This document shows, piece after piece, positions 1-12,142 of a DNA stretch of 64,000 nt (positions within the stretch are counted from its first letter, which is position 1; each line of letters begins with the position of its first letter). The translations under genes were made by a program, and so were the position numbers. This DNA is from Takakia lepidozioides (lineage: Eukaryota > Plantae > Bryophyta). Under the pieces are notes generated by a model. That model searched no databases. It was given only the letters and a program-made list of their open reading frames with translations, and was not told the DNA's origin. Location of the stretch: NCBI GenBank assembly GCA_030704615.1, contig CM060733.1:55552001-55616000 (forward strand). Direction: 5' to 3'.

Positions 1-359
1 TCACCTTGGGTAGAGGGTTGGTGACACTTAAATTAAGGTGTCCCATCTTTCCTTTACATTTTGAGTCATTGACCAAAGGAGGGGCCACTGGGGGAATGGG
101 CACGTTGGCTGGCCCAGTATTCTTGGGAGAATCTGAAACATCAGAGCCCGAAACACCAGCAGAACCCACTTGAGCATACATGTTAGTGGTGTCTTCCAGA
201 GACATGTCACTATTATCTCCCGAGCTATCCCCTAATACTGAAGGTATTCTATCCGTGGACATCATCCTGTCAAAAACCTGAACGCAACCAGGACTTAGTG
301 GTACTAGGCATCTCAACGGATGATGTCAAGCAAAAGGGGTGAGGAGTGTTCTTACACAC

Positions 360-1085
360 TTATATATTCTCAGGAGGTACACGAGCTGGTCTCCCTACCT
401 CTCCAAATCCTCCAGTACCCATTCGTCTATCCGTGGGATTGCAATATGATGAAGACGTGCTGGAGTTGGATTCAAACTGCCACACCTGAGTGGTGCTAAT
501 ACGGAGCAGCGAGAAGTCTTCTCCTTTACAGTAGTCAGCAACGGTCAGGAACTGCCAAGTTGTAGGGGTTTTTTGCCAAAAATCCACATGCACTATGGGA
601 TAACCCCACTCACGGATCAGTATGGAGCTCAGAGGGTAGTTAGTTATGCTGTCTTCTCGTTGTAAGTGCACTATCCATTCGTCTTTGAACGTACGAGCAG
701 GGTAGACTATCAAATCAGCTCTGTCTGCCCTTCCGTTCACAACGCTCATGCCATGAAGAAGGTCGCAGTACGATACCTGTCGGTCCAAAGAGACAGAGCT
801 ACAAAAATGAATTGCATGCAACAACAAAGCACCAGGGCCTTGCACAAAGAAGTCAAGCCATAGAGGGTTTATGAGGCAATCTCCCTTGCGAAACGTAAGA
901 GCTGCTTCCTTGTCACCAAATATCAAAGTTGCAGGAATGCCCAGTAACTGCCAGCTGAGACTTTGTCGTCGAAAAGCTAGCTGTTTGATGTTCGCGATCG
1001 GAAGGATGGTCTGATCCCACAATGTAGCCTCATCAGTTACCACAGGAAGATGTTGCGTGTTCAGGCAATTGTCTTCGAGTTGCAT
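360..1085 (-). pseudogene. Uncharacterised extra ORF of element C (frame continues upstream through a stop); homologous to 59730-61097
   Basis: 241-aa open stretch. Blocks INPLWLDFFVQGPGALLL, VDFWQKTPTTWQFLTVAD and LLRISTTQVWQF align with the ORF at 59.7-61.1 kb. Confidence 0.6.
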
Positions 1086-1684
1086 GCGCTATAGTGAGGT
1101 AAGATAGGAGGCTCGCTCAGATTCCCTTCTGATGGCGTTTAGGAAGCAGTCATAACGACGAGCATCTTCATGTAGAGGTTGATGTTCATGTTGTTTCGCT
1201 GCTTTTGCTGGTACAGGTCATATTCCACCTGAGCTAGGACCTCTTCTGGAATTAGAACAAAAGGGTCAACGTCCCAATCCAACGTTTCTTCATGCCAAGA
1301 TGTTCTTCAGACTCCTCAAATGGGTGCGGGTCTATGTCTTCCCTTGAAAACAATGGTGAGCCAGGGCGCGCCGTGTGACGTAGAGGAGCAGCTTGATAAG
1401 TAGAGCAAGGAGTAGCACAATGGTCATGGGAACGAGTTGCTGCTAAAGCAGCATGATGAACACGATGCACACGGGGGGACGAGGAGCTGATGACCACACC
1501 AGCGGAAGAGGATTGTGAGGAAGCAGATGCTGAAACTTCAGAAGCCACTGGGAGAGAACCGTGAGACACCATGATGAGCAGCAATACAACCCACATAGTA
1601 CACAGAAGATCACAACAGGAGACGCGGCTGAGAACAGTGAAGAGCGACCATGGTTAGCAAGGGTAGGTTAAGATCAGTAAACCC

Positions 1685-1695
1685 CATCTCCACCA
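1685..1695 (-). promoter_or_regulatory. Putative primer-binding site (tRNA-Ala) of element C
   Basis: TGGTGGAGATG is complementary to the last 11 nt (CATCTCCA+CCA) of the tRNA-Ala(AGC) encoded at 23282-23354. Confidence 0.5.
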
Positions 1696-2213
1696 CAAAA
1701 CGTGCTTATGGTTGGGATTCTCCTTCCTCTTCCTGCATGCACATGTAACCGGGGAAGTAGCACGGCAGAGCAGGCCACGCGATGAGGCGGGAATCTCACG
1801 ATGAGGAGTCAGTCAGATGCCACAGAACGTACAGAGCTACCACGCCAGAACCTGCTCTCACATGCACATTCGTCTCATGCACACACCTCTCTCTCTCTCT
1901 TACACCAAGTTTGCACACCAAAAATACCTCCCCGATTCCATTTTCAGGGACCCCTTTATTCAGCTGCCACATCACATGTGAGTCACTACCACGCGGCAAG
2001 GCGTGAGTGGACAACTGCCAAGTAGGCTTATCAGGGTCATTGCAGATATCAACGGTTTCTAGCGTACTACAACGGTATGGCTAAAGTAGTATGTCAGAGC
2101 AGCCCCTGGAACAACTCTCTACATTACATCCGGCGGTACTAATTAATCATCTGTCAGGGAGAATTGGGAGCAGGGAGAGAACGGGCCATCACAACGTAGG
2201 AGACGCACTTGAA

Positions 2214-2376
2214 TTGATTGGACTTGGACACTTGGGGGAAGGGCACATGCTACCCTGGAGGCCACACTTGGGCCTAGACATAGGAGATTGCACTTGATTG
2301 GACTTGGTCACTTGGGGGAAGGGCACATGCTACCCTGGAGGCCACACTTGGGCCTAGACATAGGAGATTGCACTTG
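2214..2376. repeat. 80-bp tandem duplication inside the putative LTR of element C
   Basis: TTGATTGGACTTGG...GGAGATTGCAC occurs at 2214 and 2294, near identical. Confidence 0.9.
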
Positions 2377-2634
2377 GGTTTAGATGACCCTGGACACTTG
2401 GGCCAACGGCACAGGCTACCCTAGTCAATATATGATTCAAGACGTTTGTTTTGTTTGTTTTGTCACGTTGAGATGTCTCGAACCGCAATGCCCCAGCCCT
2501 GGTGCTTGGTACCGTTGGAAACCCCTCGACGAGGAGGGGGTGCACGGGCTTGGTCTCACGATTTTTGGACCTTCGATGTGGGAGATGTCGAATTCCAAGT
2601 GCTTTTGGTCGCTGGAAATTCACAAAAAATAGCA

Positions 2635-3900
2635 AAAATGGCAAAGTGGGCATTCCTGGGACAACTGTTGGAGCCTCGATGGGAGAGATATCAAGAGAAA
2701 GGTCTCCAGTTCAAATCTGGTCGTAGGCTCTATGGAAAAAAACTTACTTGGGCCTCGACATAACGTGCTCAAGGCAACAAGGGGGCTCAGGTGAAGCCCA
2801 GGGAAGGACAGAGAGGACCTCAGATGTAGGGGTCTCCCCCTTCATTTGCAGGCCAACAACGAGCGGAGGTGGTGTGTTGGACATGTAGAGGACCCCATGT
2901 CAAGAAAGATTGCCCAGAGGGAGACAAAGGGCCGGCACATGCACAGCTTGTAGTTGCAGTGTGGGCATTGTGGTAAGCACGGGCATGGAGAGGCCCAGTG
3001 TTATGGTTTGCATCCTGAGTAGCGCCCAGGCCAGTTCCAAGGGAACAATGGTGGCCGGGGGCGAGGTGGAGCAGCCCAGAGAGGACGAGGTGGCCAGGCA
3101 CGAGGTGCAAGCCAAGGGCAAGCTCAACATGGCCAAAGACGCGGAGGTCAGGGTGTTGACCAATGCATGGCCAACCGGCTTCAACAGCTAGAGCAGAGGC
3201 TCGCTGACATGACTACAGCTCAGGTGGTACTGGCTCCAAGGCCGGATGGTCCACCTCTTGCTCCTGAGGAAGGAGATATGGGAGGCATGGAATTTATGTG
3301 CGGGGCAGCACTACCACTAGTGCAAGTGGAGTCGGCGGCGGCAGTGACCCGCGGAGCAGCACGAGTTCCTGAGCCACGAGGTGCAGAGGTGGAATTGGAT
3401 CCAGAGTGTGGGGAGGCAAGCCGTCAGGCTAGGCTTCCTCAATCATTCACATTAGCAGAGACAGTGTCAATGCCATCCTTGGCACCTAGTTCTCGCCCGA
3501 CTGTTACTGAGGCGGAGGTTACTATGCCATTGGGGAGAGCCACGCGGGCAGCACCACTACCTAGTGTTGCCAAGGCTACGGCAGCTAGTGTGCTGCTGGG
3601 GGCGGCCACATCTGTGTGTCAGGCTCCATTGTTCTCGGCTACCATGATTACGACGACGGGGTAAGACCAGCTGAGGTGTTCAGGCTGGCAGCTACACTCT
3701 GTGAGAGTGGGGAGGTTACTTTATCTTCTGCGGAGATAGTGGGAAGTGTAGTGCCGGAGGGATCCTCGGATTTGAGGATCAAGACTGCCACGGCGGCGCC
3801 ATGGCAAGCTGCAGCTGCCAGGTTGGCGGAGCTGCCAGCTAGGCCAGCCATTGAGCGCGCCATGGTGACACCTGGGGTTGTCATGTTAAGACAACCAGGC
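2635..3900 (+). pseudogene. gag remnant of element A with two zinc knuckles
   Basis: CWTCRGPHVKKDC at 2875 and CGHCGKHGHGEAQC at about 2960. Stops and frameshifts are present. Confidence 0.7.
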
Positions 3901-3913
3901 TGGTATTTTCTAT

Positions 3914-4303
3914 TTGAGTGGACCGGCAGGCAAGAGATACCGGCCACTGCGAGTCTTGTTGGACTCAGGAGCTCAGCCACTGATGCTGGACAGAGCTGCT
4001 ATTGCAGGCTTGGGCCTCATAGAGGCGGATATGGAGCCTTGTCCTTTCCAGATACAGACATCTCTGGGAGGATCGGAGCAGGCTCGGGGCATGACACGGC
4101 GTGAGATGGCTATCAGACTACGGCCGGATCACCCTACAAATGGCTCAGTGATGCGAGCCAAGGCCATTGTGACAGACGCGGTATCGTACGATGTCATGGT
4201 TGGTGGGGCAGTGCTGTACCCCATGGGCTTCACCCTGGATTTTTGGGAGGAGTCAGCTTCATATAGGCCTGGATGGCAGTCAGGGGAGGGCCGGCGTGTG
4301 TAG
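3914..4303 (+). pseudogene. Aspartic protease of element A
   Basis: RVLLDSGAQPLML active-site motif and YDVMVGGAVL C-terminal motif. Confidence 0.85.
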
Positions 4304-4410
4304 CTCCCTGTGACGTTCATAGGAGCAGGGCAAGATGCCGACACTAGCAACATTCACAGCTGCAGTGACTTGGCCTGGAGAGTTGCTAGAGGGCAACGCT
4401 CATTCAGAGG

Positions 4411-5191
4411 ATGATACACCTCCAGGAGAGCAGGATGACATGTATGGTATGGTGGAGTTGTCTGCCATGGTTGCTCAAACTCCATTGTGGGGCAAGAGCA
4501 AGGATTTGCAGCGGGTGGCTGCAACAAGCTTGGGTAGAGGCTTTTGTACCATCAGGAGAGGAGGAGAGTGCGGGGATTGCACCAGGATCACCTCAGTTGT
4601 CTCCAATGGGCACCAGACCTATTGTGTGGCAGTATTCGGATGAAGGCATTTGTCTTCTAGACTTGTTTGGCGGGATCAACACCGGATTGGTTGTTATGCT
4701 ACAAGTAGGTGTACGAGTTTGGCGTTATCTGTATATGGAGAGGGATGAGACTGCACGAAGCGTCTCCCTACGCCATGTTGCTCAGTTGGTGCAACAGTAC
4801 CCTGAGTTGTTGCCGGTGTCTACAGTTCGTGGATATCAGCAGGCCTTGCCAGCAGACATTTCGTTGATGGGGGCGCAGGATTTAGAGCGGGTTGGCTCCA
4901 TTAATCTGGTAGTGGCAGGTTGGCCCTGCCAAAGGCATTCATCAGCCGGGCATGACAATGGATTGCGAGACTCGAGGTCGGGTCTGTTTCGGGAGATGGT
5001 GTGGGTTTTGCGCCACTTGCAGCTTCATCAAGCTGTATCTCTAGCATACATCTTGGAGAATGTGTCACTGATGGGCGATTCTCGGGCCAGGGTGATGGCC
5101 AGTGTGCATCAAGTCTGGTCGTGGCTTGGGTCAGCATGTTTGCTGGATGCAACTGCAGTGGGATCACGGGCTCATCGTCCACGACTATGGT
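4411..5191 (+). pseudogene. DNMT3-like C5 cytosine methyltransferase, N-terminal half (motifs I-VIII)
   Basis: LLDLFGGINTGL (I), YLYMERD (II), LVVAGWPCQ (IV, catalytic PC), GLRDSRSGLF (V), YILENV (VI), GSRAHRPRLW (VIII, cut by element B). Confidence 0.92.
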
Positions 5192-5909
5192 TGTCGCGGC
5201 CCTTTTCCTTGAGGGCAGGGGGTCGGGACACATGAGGGGCTGCCCCTGTGGTGGGGGCAGCGGCAGCAATAGGTATGGGGGGCTGAAGCACCCTTGAGTG
5301 CCCAAGGCACTCAGGGAAGCGGAGGCGCTCACTAGTTGGAGCCCCGCACACCGGGATGCGGTGGGGTGGCTCCACAAGGGGTGGTGGTAGCTTAGGGCGG
5401 GACTTAGTGGGGGTGGCATATGACTCACCATGGGGGCGGAGACCTCATGGTGGGAGTCGTGGGGGTCTTGGGACTCATCACGGTCCATAGGGGCCGTGGT
5501 GAGTGGGCCAAGACTCACCGCGACTCATCACCGGGAGTCGAGGTTTTTCGTGGTGGTTCGCCATAAAATGGCATGGCTGGTTATGAAACCCCCGCGGACA
5601 GCTACAGAAGTATATATAGGGAGTAGTAACCCCGAGAACGGTGCAAGCCCGTTGGTGACCAAAACTAGAGTAAGCGAGCGAGCCGGAAAGCGCCAAAGAG
5701 TGGGGAGCTGTTCCGGACTACCATCTACCAAAGGAATTCTCCTAGTCCCAATAGGTGGAGGGTTTAGAGGGAAGCAAAGGGGGGCCGTTATGTCCCGGTG
5801 AGCAGCCGAAGCTCAAGTTGGCCCTGGCGGCCATGTTGGGAGTCAGGCGCGCGCATCAAAGCGAGTAACTATGACTTGAAGGGGAGCTTACCGAAGGAGG
5901 TGCGCAACA
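5192..5909 (+). repeat. 5' LTR of element B
   Basis: TGTCGCGG...GCGCAACA, a direct repeat of 11418-12142 (roughly 95-97% identical by eye). Confidence 0.95.
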
Positions 5910-5911
5910 CT

Positions 5912-5923
5912 TGGTATCAGAGC
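5912..5923 (+). promoter_or_regulatory. PBS of element B (initiator tRNA-Met)
   Basis: TGGTATCAGAGC, 2 nt after the LTR end. Confidence 0.95.
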
Positions 5924-5964
5924 TTAGAGTTCAGTACGCGATCGTCCTTGGGATTGGCCTCATC

Positions 5965-7294
5965 ATGGGGTCGGGCAAGCCGAAGCGAAAGCGGAACGGC
6001 CCAAAAGATGATGATCCCGGTGAGCCCGATGGGGGCGGCGTGTCACCGAGGCGGCCGTTTGAGGAAGCGATGCATGTTTCCGAAAACAAGGCCGCCCAAG
6101 AGCGGGAGGAATCCGAGAGTCGGAGCCCGAGGAATCCTTGAGAGCTCCGACAAACCAAGAGATGCCTCCATGCCGGCAGCCTTTTGGGAAGGGTTGTTGG
6201 CGCAGTTTGGCGGGACGTTGAAGACGTGTTGAAAGGCGGCTAATGCCACTTCCGCTAAGGCAAAGTTTAAGGTGAAGCCTAAGGAACCTGGCACCTTTGA
6301 GGGCGTCCGAAATCGGAAGGCACTCAACACCTGGCTCTTGGAACTAGAGCAGTACTTTCGGGCGGCCAAGTTGAGTGACGAGGATCGGGCGGAAGTGGCT
6401 CCCACCTATTTGAGGGGTTATGCTGAACAATGGTGGTAGAAACGCCTTCACGACCGAGGCCCAAGCCCGGAAACCTTGAACTGGAGTGGGTTCAAGGAAT
6501 TGATGAAGAGACAGTTTGTGCCCCTCAACGCGTCCTGGCTTGCCCGGGACAAGATGAGGAAAACAAACAGATGACATTCGGGGGTATGTCCAGGCTTTCA
6601 ATGTGCTGTTACTCGAAGTCGCGAACATGGCAGAACCAGAAATGGTCTTCAACTTTATGGCGGGACTGGCCCTATGGGCCAGGCGGAAGTTGGAGGAGAA
6701 GCCACCCAAGACTTTGAACGAGGCAATTGAGAGGGCTGAATGTTTCTCGGATGTCCCTAGGGGTGAGAGACAAGGCCGTACGGAGCTGAACCACAAGAAG
6801 ACCCGGCGGGAAGGTGACTCCTTCTGACCGGAAAAGAAGTGGGATAGGCCACGCGGCGACAATGGCACGTGGAAATCGAAGGGAGGGCCTTCACACGTCA
6901 AGGCGGCACCCGGTGCTTCGAAAGGAAAAGCGGGTGGAGCGGCTTATGGCGGACAGAAGGCGACCTTTGATGGAGTGTGTTTCAATTGCGGGGAGCCCGG
7001 GCACATGGCCAAGAAGTGCACGAAGCCCCGGCAATTGAACATGACTCGGGCGACCACGGAGCTGTCGAAGATACCATCAGTCGCTTGGTGGAAGCGGTGG
7101 TCGCCAGAACTTGCAAGGTAGGCAAATTTTCTTGTGAGTTGTATCAGGAAACTAGCGCCTTACGAAAAGGGAGTCAGTTATTGTTCGTGGATGGGATAAT
7201 ATCCGGAACTAATGTGTCATTGTTGGTGGACACAGGAGCGTCGCACTCCTTCATGACACCGCAACGCACAAAAGCTGGGACTCCCGACAAGTGA
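5965..7294 (+). pseudogene. gag and protease of element B (disrupted)
   Basis: KPKEPGTFEG...WLLELEQYF gag motif, CFNCGEPGHMAKKC knuckle (about 6976), LLVDTGASHSF protease. In-frame stops near 6141, 6438 and 6827, plus frameshifts. Confidence 0.9.
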
Positions 7295-7295
7295 C

Positions 7296-10200
7296 GTGGG
7301 GGCCTCTATTGAGGTGCGTTCTGCCAAAGGAGAACCACAGTTGGCGACAAGGTTGGCGTTTGATGTTCCTCTTCAACTGGGGAGCTGGGAGGGATGTGAG
7401 AACTTCACCATCTGCGAGATCGATGGAGTAGATCTCATTTTGGGGATGACCTTTTTGAGCAAATCCGGAGCGGTCATAGATGGCCGCAAGAGAGTAGTCA
7501 CGCTGCCATGTGGGAATGGTGGCGAGGTCTTACGAGTGTCGGAAACGCCCAAATCCGTGGGAGGGCGAATAAACCTTCTGTCAGCGAGGGAGTGGGCCGT
7601 GGAAGAGGCACACGAACCCCAATTTTTGCTTTACATTAGAGAAGTGAAAGGAGAAGGCGATGGGGAGCCGAGCCCAGATTGGATCAAGGGGATCTTGGAG
7701 AAATACCAGGATGTGATGCCGGAGGATTTACCAAGCGGCTTGCCACCGCGAAGAGGAGTTGACCACAAGATTGAGGTGATACCGGGATCGGAACCGCCTG
7801 CCAAGGCACCCTACCGGTTGAGCCACAGGGAGTTGGTCGAGCTGAAGACTCAGCTCAAGGATCTAATGTCAAAGGGGTACATCCGGCCGAGTAAGTCACC
7901 TTACGGAGCCCCGGTGCTATTCGCAGACAAGAAGGATGGGACGCTGCGGATGTGTGTCGATTACAGGGCTCTAAATAAGGTGACTATAAAAAATCGGTAC
8001 CCTTTGCCAAGGATCGACAACCTCTTCGATCGGTTGGCAGGAGCGAAGTATTTCAGCCGGATCGACTTGCGCTCCGGCTATCATCAAATTCGGGTGGCGG
8101 AAGGAGATGAGGAGAAGACCGCGTGCAGGACAAGGTATGGTTCATATGAGTTCTTGGTGATGCCTTTTGGGCTCACGAATGCACCGGCGACCTTTAGCAC
8201 GCTGATGAACAGCCTTTTTCAGGAGTGGTTGGATGACTTTGTGATCGTGTACATCGACGACATCTTGGTGTACTCGAAAACAAAGGAGGAGCACCTGGAG
8301 CACCTCAAAAGGGTGTTCCAAAAGTTGCGAGAAGGGAAGCTGTATGCCAAAGCTTCAAAGTGCGAATTCGGGGTCACGAAAGTGGAGTTCTTGGGGCATG
8401 TGATTACACAGGATGGGATCAAAATGGATGACAGAAAGGTGAGGGCGATCTTGGACTGGGAGCCTCCGACTTCGGTCCCGGGAGTGCGATCCTTCCTAGG
8501 ACTCGCCTCCTATTACCGGAAGTATGTGAGAAATTTCGCCAAGATCGCGGGGCCGCTGTCGGACCTTCTGTGTAAATCTAAAGTCTGGGCATGGAACACC
8601 TTTTGTGGCCAAGCTTTTGCTGAATTGAAGCAGCGGATGGCGGAAGCTCTAGTCTTGCAAAACCCGGAGTTCGATCGTCCGTTCGAGATACATACAGATG
8701 CGTCGGACTTCGCGATTTGGGGTGTACTGATGCAAGATGGATGTCCAGTGGCTTACGAAAGTAAGAAACTGAATGAAGTGGAGCGACGGTGGCCGACGCA
8801 CGAGAAAGAGATGAAGGCGGTGGTGCATTGTCTTGAGCTCTGGCGCCACTATGTTGGTTCCAACCCAGTGAAGGTGTTCACGGACAATGTCACGGTGAAG
8901 TATTTTGCCACGCAGCCCAAGTTGTCCCCAAAACAACTTAGGTGGCAAGATACTTTGGCGGTGTTCGACGTGGATATCCAGTACAAACCGGGACGAGACA
9001 ACGTGGTGGCCGATGCTTTAAGTAGAAAGCAGCAGCTCTTGTTGGTGTACAAGGGCGAGACAGCGCTCCAAAGGAAGATCCGGAAGGCTTGCCGGAAGGA
9101 TGAGCTGGTAAAGTCCGTGATGCAGGACTTGAGAATGGGGGTTAAATCGCAATTCCACTTGCAAAATGGGTTGCTCCGGTATAAGCAAAAGCGTCTCTAC
9201 ATGCCGAAGGGAGGGATCAAAGATAGCCTCTTGAGAGAATGCCATGATAGCCCGCTTGCGGGCCACGGCGGAGCCAAGCGCACTGCGGCACTCTTGAAGA
9301 AAGAGTATTTCTGGCCCAAACTGAGGGAGGAGGCAGAGGAGTATGTCAAGACATGCACCACATGCCAACAAAACCGGAGCGAGTACAAAAAGCAAGCGGG
9401 GCTGTTACAACCCTTGCCGATTCCAGAGGGGACTTGGGAAAGCGTCTCGATGGATTTCATGACTGCTATGCTGCTGTCAAAAGGATTCGATGCAATCATG
9501 GTGGTGGTGGATAGGTTCAGTAAAATGGGCCATTTCATCCCCACCAAGGAGACGGCAACGGCGCAGGAGACAAGGCGACTTTACTTCGCCCACGTCTTAA
9601 AGCATCATGGAGTCCCGAAGGATATTGTCTCGGACCGCGATCCAAAGTTTACGAGTAAATTCTGGAGAGCACTTTGGAAGAAGATAGGGACGAGGCTGAA
9701 GATGAGCACCGCCTTCCGACCTACGACCGACGGCCAAACAGAAAGAGCGAATTCCGTAGTGAAGCAGATCTTGCGGAATTACGTGTCGGCAGACCAAACA
9801 GACTGGGTGGAACACTTAGACGCGGCAGAGTTCTGTTATAATAACACAGAACACTCCGCAACGGGAGTTTCCCCTTTCGTATTGGTCTATGGAAAAGCAC
9901 CTCTGGTGCTGACAAATTGGGCCGCCCAGGATGTTGAGGAACCGGCAGTAGCGGCGGTACTGGAAGAACGCGAGCGTTTGTTGAAGCTCGCAAAGTACAA
10001 CATTGCCAAAGCTAGGAAACGGTATGAAAGGCAGGCGAATTGGAAGCAGAGGGAAGTGAAGTTTGAGGCAGGCACGGAGGTCTGGTTGAACATCAAGAAT
10101 TTCCGACTACCTCCGGAAGTGAGTCCGAAGTTTGTACCTCCGTATGCGGGACCTTTTCGCATTCGGAAGGTTATGAATGAGGATGTGTATGAATTGGAGC

Positions 10201-10517
10201 TACCGGCAAACAACAAGGTGCACCCAATATTCCATGTCTCCCTTTTGAAGCCTTACTTCAAAGATAAAGCGCGCCCGAATCGGCATCAAGTGTTGCGTCC
10301 GCCACCTATGCTGTTGGATCATGAAAATGAACCTGAGTACGAGGTGGAGGCAATACTTAAGTCGAGGAGGTTCAAGAACCGAGAAACGGAGTATCTCGTC
10401 AAATGGAAGGGCTATCATCTTGTGAAGGCATCTTGGGTGCGTGCCTCAGAAATGGGAAACGCATCCGAGGCGGTTGCAACTTTCGAAGGGCGACCTAAAA
10501 AGCGGAAGAAGCGTTGA
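7296..10517 (+). CDS. pol of element B: RT, RNase H, integrase, chromodomain
   Basis: 1073-aa open frame with YIDD, TDASD, HHCC zinc finger, SMDF/SDRD/DGQTE, GPF, and chromodomain EYEVEAIL...YLVKWKGY. Confidence 0.95.
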   Translation: MGASIEVRSAKGEPQLATRLAFDVPLQLGSWEGCENFTICEIDGVDLILGMTFLSKSGAVIDGRKRVVTLPCGNGGEVLRVSETPKSVGGRINLLSAREWAVEEAHEPQFLLYIREVKGEGDGEPSPDWIKGILEKYQDVMPEDLPSGLPPRRGVDHKIEVIPGSEPPAKAPYRLSHRELVELKTQLKDLMSKGYIRPSKSPYGAPVLFADKKDGTLRMCVDYRALNKVTIKNRYPLPRIDNLFDRLAGAKYFSRIDLRSGYHQIRVAEGDEEKTACRTRYGSYEFLVMPFGLTNAPATFSTLMNSLFQEWLDDFVIVYIDDILVYSKTKEEHLEHLKRVFQKLREGKLYAKASKCEFGVTKVEFLGHVITQDGIKMDDRKVRAILDWEPPTSVPGVRSFLGLASYYRKYVRNFAKIAGPLSDLLCKSKVWAWNTFCGQAFAELKQRMAEALVLQNPEFDRPFEIHTDASDFAIWGVLMQDGCPVAYESKKLNEVERRWPTHEKEMKAVVHCLELWRHYVGSNPVKVFTDNVTVKYFATQPKLSPKQLRWQDTLAVFDVDIQYKPGRDNVVADALSRKQQLLLVYKGETALQRKIRKACRKDELVKSVMQDLRMGVKSQFHLQNGLLRYKQKRLYMPKGGIKDSLLRECHDSPLAGHGGAKRTAALLKKEYFWPKLREEAEEYVKTCTTCQQNRSEYKKQAGLLQPLPIPEGTWESVSMDFMTAMLLSKGFDAIMVVVDRFSKMGHFIPTKETATAQETRRLYFAHVLKHHGVPKDIVSDRDPKFTSKFWRALWKKIGTRLKMSTAFRPTTDGQTERANSVVKQILRNYVSADQTDWVEHLDAAEFCYNNTEHSATGVSPFVLVYGKAPLVLTNWAAQDVEEPAVAAVLEERERLLKLAKYNIAKARKRYERQANWKQREVKFEAGTEVWLNIKNFRLPPEVSPKFVPPYAGPFRIRKVMNEDVYELELPANNKVHPIFHVSLLKPYFKDKARPNRHQVLRPPPMLLDHENEPEYEVEAILKSRRFKNRETEYLVKWKGYHLVKASWVRASEMGNASEAVATFEGRPKKRKKR

Positions 10518-11417
10518 TGGGGACATCAACCTTGGAGCGTGGGGGAGGAAATGCATGCTTAGCCCGGCTTAGCTAGCTTAGGAATCCAATTGCAAAAACT
10601 TGTATTGTACAAAAATTTGTTATAAAGGAAATGGGTTCCAAATTATGTACGTCCTATTTTGTTTGGAATGGTGATGCATGGTGTGGTTGGCTAGTGTGTA
10701 GAATGCATGCTAGCTTACAAAAGTGGGAGAGGTAAATTGGGTTAATCGTGTGTTTGCGTAGTGCTGAAATCGGGTGACCCCCATCCAAGGGGCAAGGAAA
10801 CTTGCGCCTTCTTTGGGAGTTCACGTGCTAGTGCGCACCTGCGCGTGCGCGTACTATAACTGCGCTACCGAGGGGGTTGCCTTGTAGTGCGGGTTAACGC
10901 GGAAGCTACGTGCTTCCGTTCACGTACTATAATCGTGTAGCCTCGGGACGAAGCCGTAGTGCGGCTTCGGCGTGTTCCCGTACCTCAGGCCAACATTCCA
11001 AGGCGGACCCAATTGTAGTGATTGGGGCGCACGGTTTGTTCAAGGTTATCTTCCTAGTCAAAGAGGGTTCCAGGTGAACCCTTGCTCAAGGTGATGCCAA
11101 AAGCGGCATCATGAGCGGTCGCAAGCAATGTTGTTGCAGTAAGGCGATTCGATCCTCGGGGAGGATCGTTCCTTGGCCTTGAAGTAGGCCAAGAAGAGTG
11201 CACTGGGAGGAGCTGGAGAGGCTCCACCCTTGGCCGGGACTCGGAGAAAGTCGGCCGAACTAGCTAGTGGAGAGTAGAGTCAAGTGTGGGTTTCTTTGCC
11301 ATGGGACGCCATGGTACGGAAACAAACTCCTTGATGTGGGACGCCACAACTTGGATGTTCGTTTCTACAAAATGGACAAGTCGATGAGGACATCGACTCC
11401 CTGTTGGTAGGGGTGTG

Positions 11418-12142
11418 TGTCGCGGCCCTTTGCCTTGAGGGCAGGGGGTCGGGACACATGAGGGGCTGCCCCTGTGGTGGGGGCAGCGGCAGCGATAGGT
11501 ATGGGGGCTGAAGCACCCTTGAGTGCCCAAGGCACTCAGGGAAGCGGAGGCGCTCACTAGGTGGAGCCCCGCACACCGGGTTGCGGTGGGGGTGGCTCCA
11601 CAAGGGGTGGTGGTAGGTTAGCGGGACTTAGTGGGGGTGGCATAGGACTCACCATGGGGGCGGAGACCTCGTGGTGGGAGTCGTGGGGAGTCTTGGGACT
11701 CATCACGGTCCATAGGGGCCGTGGTGAGTGGGCCAAGACTCACCGCGACTCATCACCGGGAGTCGAGGGTTTTCGTGGTGGTTCGCCATAAAATGGCATG
11801 GCTGGTTATGAAACCCCTGCGGACAGCTACAGAAGTATATATAGGGAGTAGTAACCCCGAGAACGGTGCAAGCCTGTTGGTGACCAAAAACTAGTGAGTA
11901 AGCGAGCGAGCCGGAAAGCGACCAAAGAGTGGGGAGCTGTTCCGGACTGCCATCTACCAAAGGGAATTCTCCTAGTCCTAAATAGGTGGAGGGTTTAGAG
12001 GGAAGCGAAGGGGGGTCGTTATGTCCCGGTGAGCAGCCGAAGCTCCAAGTTGGCCCGGGCGGCCAGGTTGGGAGTCAGGCGCGCGTATCAAAGCGAGTAA
12101 CTATGACTTGAAGGGGAGCTTACCGAAGTGAGGTGCGCGACA
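11418..12142 (+). repeat. 3' LTR of element B
   Basis: TGTCGCGG...GCGCGACA preceded by purine-rich GGTAGGGG. Confidence 0.95.

Larger units (their letters stand above)
1..2634 (-). mobile_element. LTR retrotransposon C (5' part; runs off the left edge): putative 5' LTR 2634-1703, PBS, extra ORF, gag N-terminus
   Basis: On the minus strand the putative LTR starts TGCTA (2634) and ends TAAGCA (1703). TGGTGGAGATG (1695-1685) follows, then a decayed ORF and a gag-like start MPSTTKSWLRSG (ATG at 311). The same architecture recurs at 59-61 kb. Confidence 0.55.
5192..12142 (+). mobile_element. Full-length Ty3/Gypsy chromovirus (element B)
   Basis: Two TG...CA LTRs, 5-bp TSD ATGGT (5187-5191 and 12143-12147), tRNA-iMet PBS, gag-PR-RT-RH-INT-chromodomain. 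Confidence 0.97.

Noticed and set aside
4411-5235. Methyltransferase as a host DRM/DNMT3 gene or bacterial contamination
   Set aside because: It is intronless, has non-permuted motifs, is collinear between protease and RT, is present twice, and sits in a plant contig.
8219-10418. Many minus-strand ORFs over the pol of element B
   Set aside because: Antisense shadows of a long coding frame.
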